This document shows positions 37,860-48,034 of a stretch of DNA of 64,000 nt, piece after piece. A program made the translations under genes and the position numbers. This stretch comes from a virus. The notes under the pieces are model-generated. The model worked only from the letters and a program-made list of their open reading frames with translations. It was not told where the DNA came from and ran no database searches. Where the stretch lies: positions 1 through 64,000 of the IMG/VR virus record IMGVR_UViG_3300035034_000851. The stretch is one strand, 5' to 3'. Each line of letters starts with the position of its first letter. The stretch's first letter is position 1.

Positions 37860-38748
37860 TCCATATTTCGTTTTTACTATAAAATTTTAATAATTCTAAA
37901 GCTTCTTTCCATCCTTTATAATTTTCATCTCCATTTTCTCCTACATCTAATATTCTTCCGCTACATTCAAAAATTCTAGGTCTATCATTAAATGCTGTAC
38001 TTACAACTATAAATCTAAAAGGTAATATAACATAATCAGGATATTTAAATCTTAAAGCTTCTGAATAAAAAGAAGCTTGAAAATCATATCTAAATTTCCA
38101 TAATGAATTTTTAAAAGAAGATACAGAAAATCCTGTAGTTTTTAAATCCCAAGGTTGAATTATTTTATTTTTTTTATCTATAGTAATAACATCTAATAAA
38201 CTTTTTAGATTTATACCATCTTTATCCCAATATATTTCTTCTTGAAATACATTAGTTTTATGTTTAGGTAAATTAAATAATAATTTATTAATTATAGGAT
38301 CTTCATTTAATTTGTTAGTTAATTCACAAGCTTTTTGATAATCTTTATTAGATACAATAATTTTACCTTCTGAATTTTTTAAAAAATGGAAATAATGACT
38401 AAAACTGTGAATGTATTTTAATTTAACAATGTCACTTTGTTTTGCTCTATATTTCATTTTTTTACAAATGTTTAAAATCTCTATATCAAAATCTAAAACA
38501 GGTACAGTTTTATAACTAATGTATATTTCATCCCAAATACTTTTAACAGTATCTGAAGGATTTTCCTTATCATTAATAAAATAAGTTGAATCAAAGTCTT
38601 CTGGAGTCAGAAGTAGACAATCTACCAATGACCCCATATTTAGACTTTTAGTTGACTTATTATCTCTATTTTTGTATAATAAAGGGTGAACTAATATTTG
38701 TTTTAAATTACTTTGAGATTCTGCGGGAAATTCTCTATAATTACTCAT
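37810..38748 (-). CDS. PD-(D/E)XK exonuclease (RecE/RecB-like)
   Basis: 'SQSNLK', 'GSLVDCLL', 'KSLLD....D....IQPWDLKTT', 'YDFQASFY'; probable start ATG 38748. Confidence 0.8.
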   Translation of the reverse strand: MSNYREFPAESQSNLKQILVHPLLYKNRDNKSTKSLNMGSLVDCLLLTPEDFDSTYFINDKENPSDTVKSIWDEIYISYKTVPVLDFDIEILNICKKMKYRAKQSDIVKLKYIHSFSHYFHFLKNSEGKIIVSNKDYQKACELTNKLNEDPIINKLLFNLPKHKTNVFQEEIYWDKDGINLKSLLDVITIDKKNKIIQPWDLKTTGFSVSSFKNSLWKFRYDFQASFYSEALRFKYPDYVILPFRFIVVSTAFNDRPRIFECSGRILDVGENGDENYKGWKEALELLKFYSKNEIWNDTKEHIEGGDIVQLM

Positions 38749-40345
38749 ATTGAAATTCAATAGGTAAAGAAACATTTTCCCTGTCTCTGTTTATTTCAGC
38801 ATACATATTTTCATATCTATCATTATTAAACACTGTTCTTCTATAATTTATATATGAAGATAACTTATCATATATTTCAGTATTTACATCTTTTATTGGA
38901 GAAATAACATCTAATAAAGTTATCTTTTCTCTTTGTTTAAGAATCTTATCTTGATTATTTTCAGCATAAGTTAAAAGACTAGAACATATTAACATCCAAT
39001 GAACCATTACTGAATAATGAATTGTAGATTGATGTAATCTAAATTCTACTGTTTTAGAGTTACTAAACATTAATGGTAATAAGTTTACGTGATAGTATCT
39101 AGAATTAAAATTCCATTTTCTAGCACCTTCTTTAGGATGTTTACGAGTTTCAAAGTTATAAGTATCATCTTCTGGAGTTCCATCTGCTAAAAATTGAAAA
39201 ACTTTTTTAAATTCTTCATTTATAACAGTATTTTTGTCTGCGTTTTCTTTAAACATTCTATTAGTGTTTAAAGCTAATCCAGATAAAGGTTGACAATGAT
39301 CTTTAACACGACCATTTTGTCCTCTTTTATTTGCAAAATATTGTACATCTCTTTTATAAGGAGGCACTATTTCAAACATTTCATTTTGAAGTCTGTAACA
39401 AAGAGTATATAAAGATAAAATTGATTTTTTAGTACAAGGATATTTACCAAAGTGAATATGTAAAGAACATTGTTCATCAGTTTCACATCTTTTATTCATC
39501 TCAGAAAAAACAGATCTTAGAGTAGCAACACCTTTTATACCTTCTAAAGGTACAGTGGTGTATTCTACTCCTCCTATAGATCCATCTCTTAAAGGTACTA
39601 AACCATTTTTATGCAAAATAGGTTCTGGTACATGACCTAAAGAAGTTTCTATTTCTAAACCAAAAGATTTGTTACCTATGATTTTTAATAAATCTTTATC
39701 AAGTTTATTACCTTCGTGTTTTGCAATTTTATATCCTTTTTTTATAGAATTACCTAAAGCATTATTATCTGCTATATTGTAAGGTAATAAATCAAAATCA
39801 TATCTAGCTCTTCCTTTTTTGGACATTGATTTTATTTCATAAGGTGATAAAGAACTTTTACAGTAATAATTACCATCTGATAAAGATTCTATAAAACCAA
39901 GTTCTAAACATAAAGCAACTGAAACACAATACAGTGGATTTTTATCACTGTCATCTAAAAATGTATTAGAAATTATTTTCTTCATAACAAATTTCTTTCT
40001 GTGCTCTTTTTCTCCTCGTTTATTTATAAAAACAGATTGACCGTAAGATAATTTTACAGTTTTTTCTGTAGGCTCATAATATCCTACAACAGCTATATTA
40101 TTAACATCTGTATTTAATATACCAAAAACTAATCCTCTCTTAGTTCTTTGCCATAATTTATTAGTATGATTATAATAGATTTTACCAGAATTAATTCTGT
40201 AATAGCTACCATTTGTCATTTTAAAACAAGATTCATCAATAATATAATGTTCTCCATTTATTAATCTTGTATTTTCTGCATTTGCGTCTATTAATTCCAT
40301 TTTGGAATCAAAAGCTTTTATTGTTTCTAGTTTGTTATTTGGCAT
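38741..40345 (-). CDS. Putative amidoligase (COOH-NH2 ligase, Amidoligase_2-like)
   Basis: 'FGLEIET', 'DGSI..VEY', 'CSLHIH', 'RYYHVN', 'TVEFR'. Confidence 0.85.
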   Translation of the reverse strand: MPNNKLETIKAFDSKMELIDANAENTRLINGEHYIIDESCFKMTNGSYYRINSGKIYYNHTNKLWQRTKRGLVFGILNTDVNNIAVVGYYEPTEKTVKLSYGQSVFINKRGEKEHRKKFVMKKIISNTFLDDSDKNPLYCVSVALCLELGFIESLSDGNYYCKSSLSPYEIKSMSKKGRARYDFDLLPYNIADNNALGNSIKKGYKIAKHEGNKLDKDLLKIIGNKSFGLEIETSLGHVPEPILHKNGLVPLRDGSIGGVEYTTVPLEGIKGVATLRSVFSEMNKRCETDEQCSLHIHFGKYPCTKKSILSLYTLCYRLQNEMFEIVPPYKRDVQYFANKRGQNGRVKDHCQPLSGLALNTNRMFKENADKNTVINEEFKKVFQFLADGTPEDDTYNFETRKHPKEGARKWNFNSRYYHVNLLPLMFSNSKTVEFRLHQSTIHYSVMVHWMLICSSLLTYAENNQDKILKQREKITLLDVISPIKDVNTEIYDKLSSYINYRRTVFNNDRYENMYAEINRDRENVSLPIEFQYE

Positions 40346-42098
40346 TTGTAGTTGTTAATTTGTAAAATTCTTCCAATTCTATTAAAAATTCTAAATCTTC
40401 GTTATCCATGCTAACTATGTTTTTTGAATACATATTAAACACAAATTCAAATATTACTTTGTATATAAATTTTACATCTTCATCTTCTTTTAAATTCATA
40501 AAATTACGCAATAAAAGTAAAGCATCTTCAAAATAATCACTTATTTTGTCTTCAAACTCTTCTAAATCTTTCATTACATCAAAATTATTACCTTTATCAA
40601 AAGAATCTAAGATATTAGGTTGATTTCTTTTTTCTAATTCTTCTCTTTTATTTAATAATTCTTTTAATACTCCATTTTTTACAACATAAATAAAAGGACT
40701 AAAATCATTATAATACTCAAAATCATGTCCACTATCTTTTTCAAAATATACATTATTTATAGCACTAAAATTCTTTTTATTATTTCCTTTTAATTTATTT
40801 AAAGTTAAAACAGGATGAGTTGGTGAAAATTCACTTATTTGGTAACCTAAACAAGTATTTCCAGCTTTTTTTAATACTTTACATCTAGCTTTAGCTTTTA
40901 TAAAATCTTCAAAATTTTTAAAAGCAACTCCATTTACAAACCATAATTTAACAGCATTGAATCTTTTATTTCCATCTACTTTATTCCAAGCATTTTCCAT
41001 ATCTTCTTCTGTGTTAATATTACTATGTAAATCTTTTCTAGTTACTTTACTTAAAACAAAACCTCCTTGTAATAATACTCCATTTCTAAAAAATCTAAAT
41101 TTTTGAAAATATATAGTACTTCCATTGTAAAATTTATCTTTACTTTCTGTTACAAATAAATTTATATTAACAGATTTATTACTTTTATTCTTTCTATTAG
41201 AATATTCTAATCTATCTTGATAATTAGTAACTGAGGTACTACGGCTAGAGTTATGAGAAACAGGACAAGGGGCTGAAGGATTTAAATCTGCAGTTCTAGA
41301 TATTATTTGACTACTTTCTATATGTCCTCCTACAAAAGAAATAAGTTCATTGTTTTTGAAACTTATAACTTCATCTTCTTCTGCACCTATCATTTGTAAA
41401 GATTTAGCTATTGAAGATATGTAAACTCCTGTAATTTTACCTCTACTGTTAAGTTTTTGGTAATAATACAAAGGTCTTTCTTCATAACCACCACCTCCGC
41501 CTTTGAAAGCGTATAAATGGTTGGACTTTGTAACATCTTTAAATAATAAAGCTGCACCTCCTTCATACTCACTTAAAACTTTAAAAGTTTTGTCTTTATA
41601 TAAACAAGCAAGTAATCCATGTGAATCTACATCAATATTAATAATACTAATGTTTCTGTCTTTACATAATTGTATCCAATTTCTTAAAGTACCATTATGA
41701 GCACCTACAAAACCAGCTTCACCTTCTTGATTTTTTAATAGAAAAGGATGAGCATTTGCAGAAGTTTTTTGCCAACCTACACTTGATTTTCTTGCGTGCA
41801 TTATACAAGTAAAATCTTCTTTACTTATAGTAGGAAAAGGTTTATCAACAAAAAAGTCTTTAAAATAAGAATTATTATAAACTCCATAAAATACTTCTTT
41901 ATTTGAATAAATACCACAAGAATCTCCTCCTCTAGTATCATTCATAATTCCTAATATTTTTAAAGCATTTTTATCAGGTGTAACTTCTCCACAATAACCA
42001 ATTAATCCACAATAAAGTGTATTAAAATTGATTTTATTATTTGCTATACCTATGGCATAACTTATTATTAATAGTAATAAATATATGAATATTATCAT
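40335..42098 (-). CDS. Class II (Ntn) glutamine amidotransferase with hydrophobic N-terminal leader
   Basis: 'CGLIGY', 'RGGDSCG', 'HARKSS', 'NAHPF', 'HNGTL', 'DVDS', 'ERPL'. Confidence 0.88.
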   Translation of the reverse strand: MIIFIYLLLLIISYAIGIANNKINFNTLYCGLIGYCGEVTPDKNALKILGIMNDTRGGDSCGIYSNKEVFYGVYNNSYFKDFFVDKPFPTISKEDFTCIMHARKSSVGWQKTSANAHPFLLKNQEGEAGFVGAHNGTLRNWIQLCKDRNISIINIDVDSHGLLACLYKDKTFKVLSEYEGGAALLFKDVTKSNHLYAFKGGGGGYEERPLYYYQKLNSRGKITGVYISSIAKSLQMIGAEEDEVISFKNNELISFVGGHIESSQIISRTADLNPSAPCPVSHNSSRSTSVTNYQDRLEYSNRKNKSNKSVNINLFVTESKDKFYNGSTIYFQKFRFFRNGVLLQGGFVLSKVTRKDLHSNINTEEDMENAWNKVDGNKRFNAVKLWFVNGVAFKNFEDFIKAKARCKVLKKAGNTCLGYQISEFSPTHPVLTLNKLKGNNKKNFSAINNVYFEKDSGHDFEYYNDFSPFIYVVKNGVLKELLNKREELEKRNQPNILDSFDKGNNFDVMKDLEEFEDKISDYFEDALLLLRNFMNLKEDEDVKFIYKVIFEFVFNMYSKNIVSMDNEDLEFLIELEEFYKLTTTNAK

Positions 42099-42919
42099 TT
42101 GTTTTCTTGTATTATTTTATTAAGTTCTTGAATATATTTTTCTGATGTAATCTCACCAAATGAAGGTGCAGAATTAACTTCAATAATTCTCCAATCTCCT
42201 TCTTTATTAGTTCTAACATCAAATGCTCCTAAATCTAATCCAACAGCATCTAAAGCATTTACACAATCTTCTACAATTGCATCCCAAGTATCTGGTTTTT
42301 TAAATAAAGGGTTAGTTTCCAACATCCATGCACAATTTAAATTGTTAAAAAACCATCTTTCTTCTGCATCTTGTTTTCTTAATTTTCTATTTGTATAAAA
42401 ACATCCATTTTTACTAACGTGTAATCTATACTCCCTAGCTCCATTAAAATATAATTCAAATAAATATCTAGATAAATCTTTACCATTTAACCAAGTATTG
42501 AATTCTTCTATGTTATCTATTTTTGTATTAGCATTACCTCTTGATCCAAAACGTCCTTTAGCTATGATAGGAAAAAACATATCATTTAATGTTTTTTTAT
42601 CATCATTTAATACTCCATTTTTTAAAAAAGTTTTAGAAGTTAAATCAAATCTATACCAAAAACAATGAGATACTTTAGCTAAATCAAAGCATTTCTTCAT
42701 TTTAAGCTTATCAGAGCTATTCTTAATACCATCTACTGAATTTATTTCTAAATTATAAGGTCTAATGCCATTTAATTGAGTTATACTTCCTAAACGTAAT
42801 AGAATCCTTTTACCAAATGTTCTTAATAATGGATTTCTTCTTAATATACCATGAGAAGGATGTCTTGTCCTAACATGTAATAAGGTTTTTTTCTTTATTT
42901 TTTTATCTGTAGTCCGCAT
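42095..42919 (-). CDS. ATP-grasp ligase (RimK-like)
   Basis: 'DKLKMK', 'GSRG', 'EYRLHV', 'LDLGAFDV', 'IEVNSAP'. Confidence 0.88.
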   Translation of the reverse strand: MRTTDKKIKKKTLLHVRTRHPSHGILRRNPLLRTFGKRILLRLGSITQLNGIRPYNLEINSVDGIKNSSDKLKMKKCFDLAKVSHCFWYRFDLTSKTFLKNGVLNDDKKTLNDMFFPIIAKGRFGSRGNANTKIDNIEEFNTWLNGKDLSRYLFELYFNGAREYRLHVSKNGCFYTNRKLRKQDAEERWFFNNLNCAWMLETNPLFKKPDTWDAIVEDCVNALDAVGLDLGAFDVRTNKEGDWRIIEVNSAPSFGEITSEKYIQELNKIIQENK

Positions 42920-43274
42920 AATTTCCTGTTTTGATAATTTCTACTCCTTCATCTTCATTAAAATATACAGAAGCTTCTATATCTTCTCCATCATCTAAAG
43001 TAATTTCTGTTGGAACTCTCTTATACCAAGAACCATCGTGATCTTGGGGATTATAACTTTCTAATCTATCTACCATAGGCATTTGTGCTGGTGTAACTTC
43101 ATACACTTCAACTCTAATAGGTGATAGTTCTATATTAGGATGTACAAACGGAATTCCATTTGCTGACATTTGATATTTATCTTTAGTCCAACCTAATCCT
43201 ATTTTAACTGACTCTCCTAAAACTCCGTTATTATTATAACCTTCTCTTAATGTTCCGTAAACTGCTACTTTCAT
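42903..43274 (-). CDS. Gamma-glutamylcyclotransferase (GGCT/AIG2-like)
   Basis: 'VAVYGTLREG', 'VEVYEV', 'VDRLE', 'WYKR'. Confidence 0.9.
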   Translation of the reverse strand: MKVAVYGTLREGYNNNGVLGESVKIGLGWTKDKYQMSANGIPFVHPNIELSPIRVEVYEVTPAQMPMVDRLESYNPQDHDGSWYKRVPTEITLDDGEDIEASVYFNEDEGVEIIKTGNYADYR

Positions 43275-43624
43275 ATTTTATTTTTCTTATTATATTTATT
43301 AATAAATTGTAACACTGATTTATAAGTGTTGTTAAGTTTGTCATCTCCTTTATGTTGAGCTTCAATTATTATTGTACTTTTATTAGAAATAGTAGTACAA
43401 TCTGAACTAATAGTAATTTTGTAATTTAAGCTTTCTATTTTACCTAACAATGGCATCAACCAATCCCAAGAAGTATTAAATTTTAATTTGTGTTCATTTC
43501 CTAAATTTACAAATCCATAACTAGTATGTCTTATAATACTAATAGGTAATCTATAATACACATTATCTAATGTTTTTAAAAAAAATATAGCAATTAATTT
43601 ATTATTTTGTTTAATTTTATCCAT
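43271..43624 (-). CDS. Hypothetical phage protein (NNKLIA...SWDWL family)
   Basis: Paralog of 28252-28596. Confidence 0.6.
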   Translation of the reverse strand: MDKIKQNNKLIAIFFLKTLDNVYYRLPISIIRHTSYGFVNLGNEHKLKFNTSWDWLMPLLGKIESLNYKITISSDCTTISNKSTIIIEAQHKGDDKLNNTYKSVLQFINKYNKKNKI

Positions 43625-44358
43625 TACACTTGTTCTTTTAATTCTATTGATTGTAAAACTTGCTCTGCAGAAATTATTATTCCATCATAAAACTGTTCTA
43701 TGCTTAATTCTACTTGGTCGTATGCCCAAGATATTAATTCGTCACTTGCTAACCAAAAATTAGACAAACTTCTATATTCAAATCCATAAGGTGTTATTCT
43801 AAAACAACCTGGAGTACCATAGTATTCTCTTCTTAATTCATCATCATCTAATTCAAAAGATGGTACAGCTAAATTGTAATCAAATATTTTAATTACTCTT
43901 TCTAAATCATCTTCTGTCATTTTAGTTGGCATTCCAACGTGAATATGTCCTCCTGCAAATCTTGTATTAGTTTTTTTAGGATTCTTAATTACTAGATCAT
44001 AAACATTAAAATATTCAGAACAACCAAATTCATAACCTCCTTCAAAATTCTTTAAATCTTCACTTGAAAATTCAGCAGAAGCTTGAAAAGAAAAATCTAT
44101 GTTTTCTGGTACACTTCTTCTTATTAAATCTAATCCTTGATAAATGTTTGCAATAAAATCTTCTTTGCAATCTGAAGGAGGAATATTAAATTCAACCATT
44201 ACATTATCTCTTAGTACTCCAAAGCCATTACCAAATTTCTTTGGATTATCCTTATTATGTTCTAAAAAGAATGCTGATGCTGGTACAAAATTGCCGTTGC
44301 TTGTGTTTTTAAGGAAAAATTCTGGATCTGTTCCTATAGTAAAATTGTGTTTTTTCAT
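43624..44358 (-). CDS. phiEco32-like COOH-NH2 ligase type 2
   Basis: 'IGTDPEFF', 'DNVMVEFN', 'FGC', 'RFAGGHIHVG', 'RREYYG..G.FR...YGFEYRSLSNFW'. Confidence 0.9.
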   Translation of the reverse strand: MKKHNFTIGTDPEFFLKNTSNGNFVPASAFFLEHNKDNPKKFGNGFGVLRDNVMVEFNIPPSDCKEDFIANIYQGLDLIRRSVPENIDFSFQASAEFSSEDLKNFEGGYEFGCSEYFNVYDLVIKNPKKTNTRFAGGHIHVGMPTKMTEDDLERVIKIFDYNLAVPSFELDDDELRREYYGTPGCFRITPYGFEYRSLSNFWLASDELISWAYDQVELSIEQFYDGIIISAEQVLQSIELKEQV

Positions 44359-44359
44359 A

Positions 44360-45250
44360 TTATTTCTTGTAAGTTTTAATTATTAAATTTTTAATATCTT
44401 GATTAACTCTGTTTAATGGTAATGTTTTTAAAAAATTTTCAATTTCTTCATTTGTAGCTATTTGTTGAGTTTCTTTTATAGTTAAAATTTGTTCGTCATA
44501 AGAACATCCTCCACAATTTTGTGGTGTGCAACTACGACAATATTTCTTTTTAAATGTTATTTCTGAATGATCTGCACTAAATATTCTATATGTAACCTTA
44601 AAACTTTTTACATTATCTATAGTAGAAAATTTAATGATATTTTCTGGTTTTACATCAAGTATTACATTAGGAGCAAAGTCCACAGATTCAAATAAATTTC
44701 TTCTAAACTTTTGATAAGGAGTATTTAATTTAGTTAAAAAAGCTTTATTTTTCTTTTTAACTGTACTTATATAATCTTTAAAATTAATATAATTTATAAA
44801 AGAAGTACTAAAAAGATCATAACCAGTTCTTCTAAAAAAAGAATTAGAAATAAAAAGTTTATCCCACAAATTAATAGAATCATCTAATTTAAGAAATTCT
44901 TTATAATGACAACTTCCAATGCAATAAAAAGGTATTCTAAAAATAGCCCAAATTATGTTTATTAAACAAAATGGTATAATTTCTAAATCTATTTCAACTC
45001 TTAATTTATGTTTAACTTTAAGTTTATCATTAAAATATTCTACTCCTTCTGGAAATAATTCTTTAATAATGTCTTCATAAAATTTAAGATACTTTTCTTT
45101 AAAAGTATAAGCACTTGATGTTATAATTATTTTTTTTAAATTTGGATGAATAAATTCTCTAGTTCTTCTTAATCCATCACAACACATATCATCATTTATT
45201 ATTCTAATTAATGCATTATCCTTGTCGTATATTTCTGCTAATGTTTTCAT
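44360..45250 (-). CDS. Hypothetical protein with C-terminal Cys cluster
   Basis: 'CRSC....CGGC'; distant similarity to 56659-57270. Confidence 0.55.
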   Translation of the reverse strand: MKTLAEIYDKDNALIRIINDDMCCDGLRRTREFIHPNLKKIIITSSAYTFKEKYLKFYEDIIKELFPEGVEYFNDKLKVKHKLRVEIDLEIIPFCLINIIWAIFRIPFYCIGSCHYKEFLKLDDSINLWDKLFISNSFFRRTGYDLFSTSFINYINFKDYISTVKKKNKAFLTKLNTPYQKFRRNLFESVDFAPNVILDVKPENIIKFSTIDNVKSFKVTYRIFSADHSEITFKKKYCRSCTPQNCGGCSYDEQILTIKETQQIATNEEIENFLKTLPLNRVNQDIKNLIIKTYKK

Positions 45251-46232
45251 GTAAAAATTTTATTAAACTTTTTTTTCCGTAAACTTGTATAAAATCTGAA
45301 GGGTCTTTTGGTAAATCTCCTGATTTATTTTGTGGTAATTCAATTGAAGTTAAATCATATTCTTCTTTTATTTTTGTAGAATAAATTTTACCAGCTTCAT
45401 CATTGTCATAAAATACTATAATATGTTTAAATCTCTTTTTTAACAAATTTATAGCATTATTAGATACTAAACTACTTTCTGATTTACAAGCTACTGAACT
45501 ATAACCACATTCATGTAATGTCATTACATCTTTTCTACTTTTAGTTAAAATAAGTATTTCACCTTTTTCTGGGAGTTGTTCCCAACATTCTAAAATACCT
45601 CCTACCATATTAGATCTCCATTTAAAAAACTTTGCAGCTCTAGGTCTATACAATTTAAAATCTTCTTGTTTTTCTGCATAAACATACATTGGATCATGTT
45701 GTTTATATTCATAATAAAAATCACCTCTTATCCAAGCTCTGTGACAAGCTCTTACTCTAAATTTAATTAAAGTAGGTAAAGTTATATGGTATTGAAACCA
45801 ATATCTTAAATCTATTTCATTGAATTTTTGAGTTACTATTGCTATTCTTGCTTTACCTATTTCATTTTTTTTAATTTCTTGTGTCATTCTTGGTTTTTTT
45901 GATACAAAACTGTGTTTTTTAATTGTACTATAATCATCTAAAGATTTAGGTCTGTGTAAGCCTAAATTAAAATCTTTTGCTATAGTATTGCAAACATCTT
46001 TAAATGAATCCAATTCTAATGCTTTTTGTGCTACATAAAAACAATCCATATGTGTTTTTTCAGACGCCCAATCAATAAATATTAAATTTCCATTGTTATA
46101 ATCAAAATAAGCTCTACCATTAGTGTCATTTCTCCAAGGATTTTTACAATTAGTGTTAAAAGAAATTTTACCTGGAAAATACCGTTCCATTATATCTTCC
46201 TGTGAGATTTTGTTCAGTATCAATGTTTTCAT
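45216..46232 (-). CDS. DNA primase (TOPRIM), crAss-type
   Basis: 'NPWRND', 'LILTKSRKDVM', 'SES', 'FYDNDEAG', 'KDPSD'. Confidence 0.85.
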   Translation of the reverse strand: MKTLILNKISQEDIMERYFPGKISFNTNCKNPWRNDTNGRAYFDYNNGNLIFIDWASEKTHMDCFYVAQKALELDSFKDVCNTIAKDFNLGLHRPKSLDDYSTIKKHSFVSKKPRMTQEIKKNEIGKARIAIVTQKFNEIDLRYWFQYHITLPTLIKFRVRACHRAWIRGDFYYEYKQHDPMYVYAEKQEDFKLYRPRAAKFFKWRSNMVGGILECWEQLPEKGEILILTKSRKDVMTLHECGYSSVACKSESSLVSNNAINLLKKRFKHIIVFYDNDEAGKIYSTKIKEEYDLTSIELPQNKSGDLPKDPSDFIQVYGKKSLIKFLHENISRNIRQG

Positions 46233-46476
46233 TTTTTATTTTTCTTTTTATAAGTTCTTTTTTATAAGCAAAATAATCTAAAAAAAGTAAACTATTTTCA
46301 TAAGATAATTCTTCTTCATCATAATACATAGAGTCATCATTTTCTCCTCCCCCATATTTTAAAGTTACACCCTTTTTAGCTCTTTTTTTTATTAAATTAA
46401 TTATATTATTTAAATGATTGTCACTTAAATCACATAATTTAATTAAATTTCCTTCTCTTGTTTTATGTAATTTCAT
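46168..46476 (-). CDS. Hypothetical phage protein
   Basis: 'T.EG..IKLCDLSDNHLNN' small phage family motif. Confidence 0.55.
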   Translation of the reverse strand: MKLHKTREGNLIKLCDLSDNHLNNIINLIKKRAKKGVTLKYGGGENDDSMYYDEEELSYENSLLFLDYFAYKKELIKRKIKNENIDTEQNLTGRYNGTVFSR

Positions 46477-46482
46477 ATTTAT

Positions 46483-46511
46483 AAAATAAAAAGGGGCCTA
46501 TTAGACCCCTT
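46483..46511 (-). terminator. Intrinsic terminator after SSB-like gene
   Basis: AAGGGGTCTA-A-TAGGCCCC hairpin followed by TTTTTATTTT on - strand. Confidence 0.8.
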
Positions 46512-46525
46512 ATATTATTGTTTAC

Positions 46526-47224
46526 TTAAAAAGGTAAATCATCAGATTCACCAGAATCTAACATACTAGGCTCTTTTGGAGCTTCATATTTACCATATTC
46601 TACAGTAGAATGTACATTTCTCCAATTTTCCACAAGTCTTTCAAATCGCTTCATATTGTCTAAATTAGCATGACCAAAGTTTCTAGGTGAAACTTCCATA
46701 TACTTACCATTCTTTACTCCTAGAACACCTTTTACTTCTCTGTCGCTAAAGTGCTCTATTGCACCTTTAAGAGAACTTACATCTCCATTACAAAGCTCTT
46801 CAAAAGGTAATACTAGTTCACCATCTCTTAGGTCAGGATTCAACCAACCAATCATAAAAGAATAAATATCTGCTTCACCCTTACGAGCAATTCTAACATC
46901 TTTTCTATCATACCAGTCTGGTAATGAATCCACATCTGGTCCCCATGTAGTTTGGCCTAAGCCATTAATATACATAAATTTGCCACCATCTTTATCAGTT
47001 TTAACTTCTTCATCTTTTAACCAAAATGAAGTTTTTGTATTAACATCGTCATTAGATAGTCTTATGTCTATTCTATTTTCATATGTTAATTCATTTTCTA
47101 AAGTCATACCTAATATTTCAGATAACTCCTCTTTTGTAGGATTAACTGCATCTATCTTAAAATTACTTACACCTGTGTATAAGCCTCCTTTTTCATTTTT
47201 TGTTTTTATATTTTCCCAATTCAT
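46526..47224 (-). CDS. Putative single-stranded DNA-binding protein (crAss-type)
   Basis: 'LYTG....I.AVNPT.EEL' N-terminus and acidic 'DDLPF' C-terminal tail. Confidence 0.65.
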   Translation of the reverse strand: MNWENIKTKNEKGGLYTGVSNFKIDAVNPTKEELSEILGMTLENELTYENRIDIRLSNDDVNTKTSFWLKDEEVKTDKDGGKFMYINGLGQTTWGPDVDSLPDWYDRKDVRIARKGEADIYSFMIGWLNPDLRDGELVLPFEELCNGDVSSLKGAIEHFSDREVKGVLGVKNGKYMEVSPRNFGHANLDNMKRFERLVENWRNVHSTVEYGKYEAPKEPSMLDSGESDDLPF

Positions 47225-47242
47225 AATTCTATCTCTTCTATA

Positions 47243-47416
47243 TTACTTTTTTTCTTCAACAATTTCAATAATTTCTCCTTCTTCATTACGGTTTACCTCA
47301 GTAGAACCTTCAACCATATGGTCAAATAATTCTTCTGTGGTATAAAGACCCAATAAAAGATCTGCACCAATTCTGTTAGCTCCTGCTGATAAGCAACGAG
47401 CCCATAACATAAATTT
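47243..47416 (-). CDS. Exon 2 of RecT-like recombinase/annealing protein
   Basis: KFMLWARCLSAGANRIGADLLLGLYTTEEL...KK*; joins exon 1 in frame to give 'NWKKMP|KFMLWAR...GLYTTEE'. Confidence 0.85.
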   Translation of the reverse strand, partial: KFMLWARCLSAGANRIGADLLLGLYTTEELFDHMVEGSTEVNRNEEGEIIEIVEEKK

Positions 47417-47482
47417 CACTTTTGTTAACGTAAAGGCTCTTTATCCTCTACTTCTATATGTTTCCATATAGGTCAGACTATA

Positions 47483-47998
47483 TCATAATAAATTTGTTTG
47501 ACGTTTTCCTTTAAGAATTTTTGATATGGTAGCTGGATTAACATCAAAGATTTTAGCAATCTCATAATTTTTAAATCCTTCTTTTTTCATATTAAAAACT
47601 TTACATAAATCTTCTACTTTAATTTTAATATTGTGATGATTATTACCTCTGCACATATTAGTTAAACCCATTTTATGAGCATGTAAAATATTTTCTTTAT
47701 GTGTACACCATTCTAAATTATCTAACACATTATTAATTTTATTACCATCTTTATGATTTACAACTGGTAAATCTAATGGATTTTTTAAAAATGTTTGAGC
47801 TACTAATCTATGTAGCTTTTTTGTAGACACTTTATTATTTAGTCTTAACTGTATGTCAATGTATCCATGATTAGGGTTTGTACATGTAGATTTAAATATA
47901 TCTTTTGGTACCCCTTTTCTTTTTAAACTTTTGACACGTCCTAAGTTGCTAATTTCATAGCAACCTTCATACCCCTTTAATTTTTTAAATTTTTCCAT
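47483..47998 (-). CDS. Intron-encoded NUMOD4-HNH homing endonuclease with C-terminal HTH
   Basis: 'GYEGCYEISNLGRVKS', 'LHRLVAQTF', 'VNHKDGNKINN..DNLEWCT..EN..HA'; likely start ATG 47998; stop overlaps the intron S element. Confidence 0.92.
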   Translation of the reverse strand: MEKFKKLKGYEGCYEISNLGRVKSLKRKGVPKDIFKSTCTNPNHGYIDIQLRLNNKVSTKKLHRLVAQTFLKNPLDLPVVNHKDGNKINNVLDNLEWCTHKENILHAHKMGLTNMCRGNNHHNIKIKVEDLCKVFNMKKEGFKNYEIAKIFDVNPATISKILKGKRQTNLL

Positions 47999-48002
47999 AC
48001 TA

Positions 48003-48034
48003 CAAAGGTACGGCAATTAAATGATATAAACAAA
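48003..48034 (-). promoter_or_regulatory. Bacteroidota-type promoter inside the intron driving the HNH gene
   Basis: TTTG (48034-48031), 20-nt spacer, TACCTTTG (48010-48003), 4 nt before ATG. Confidence 0.7.
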
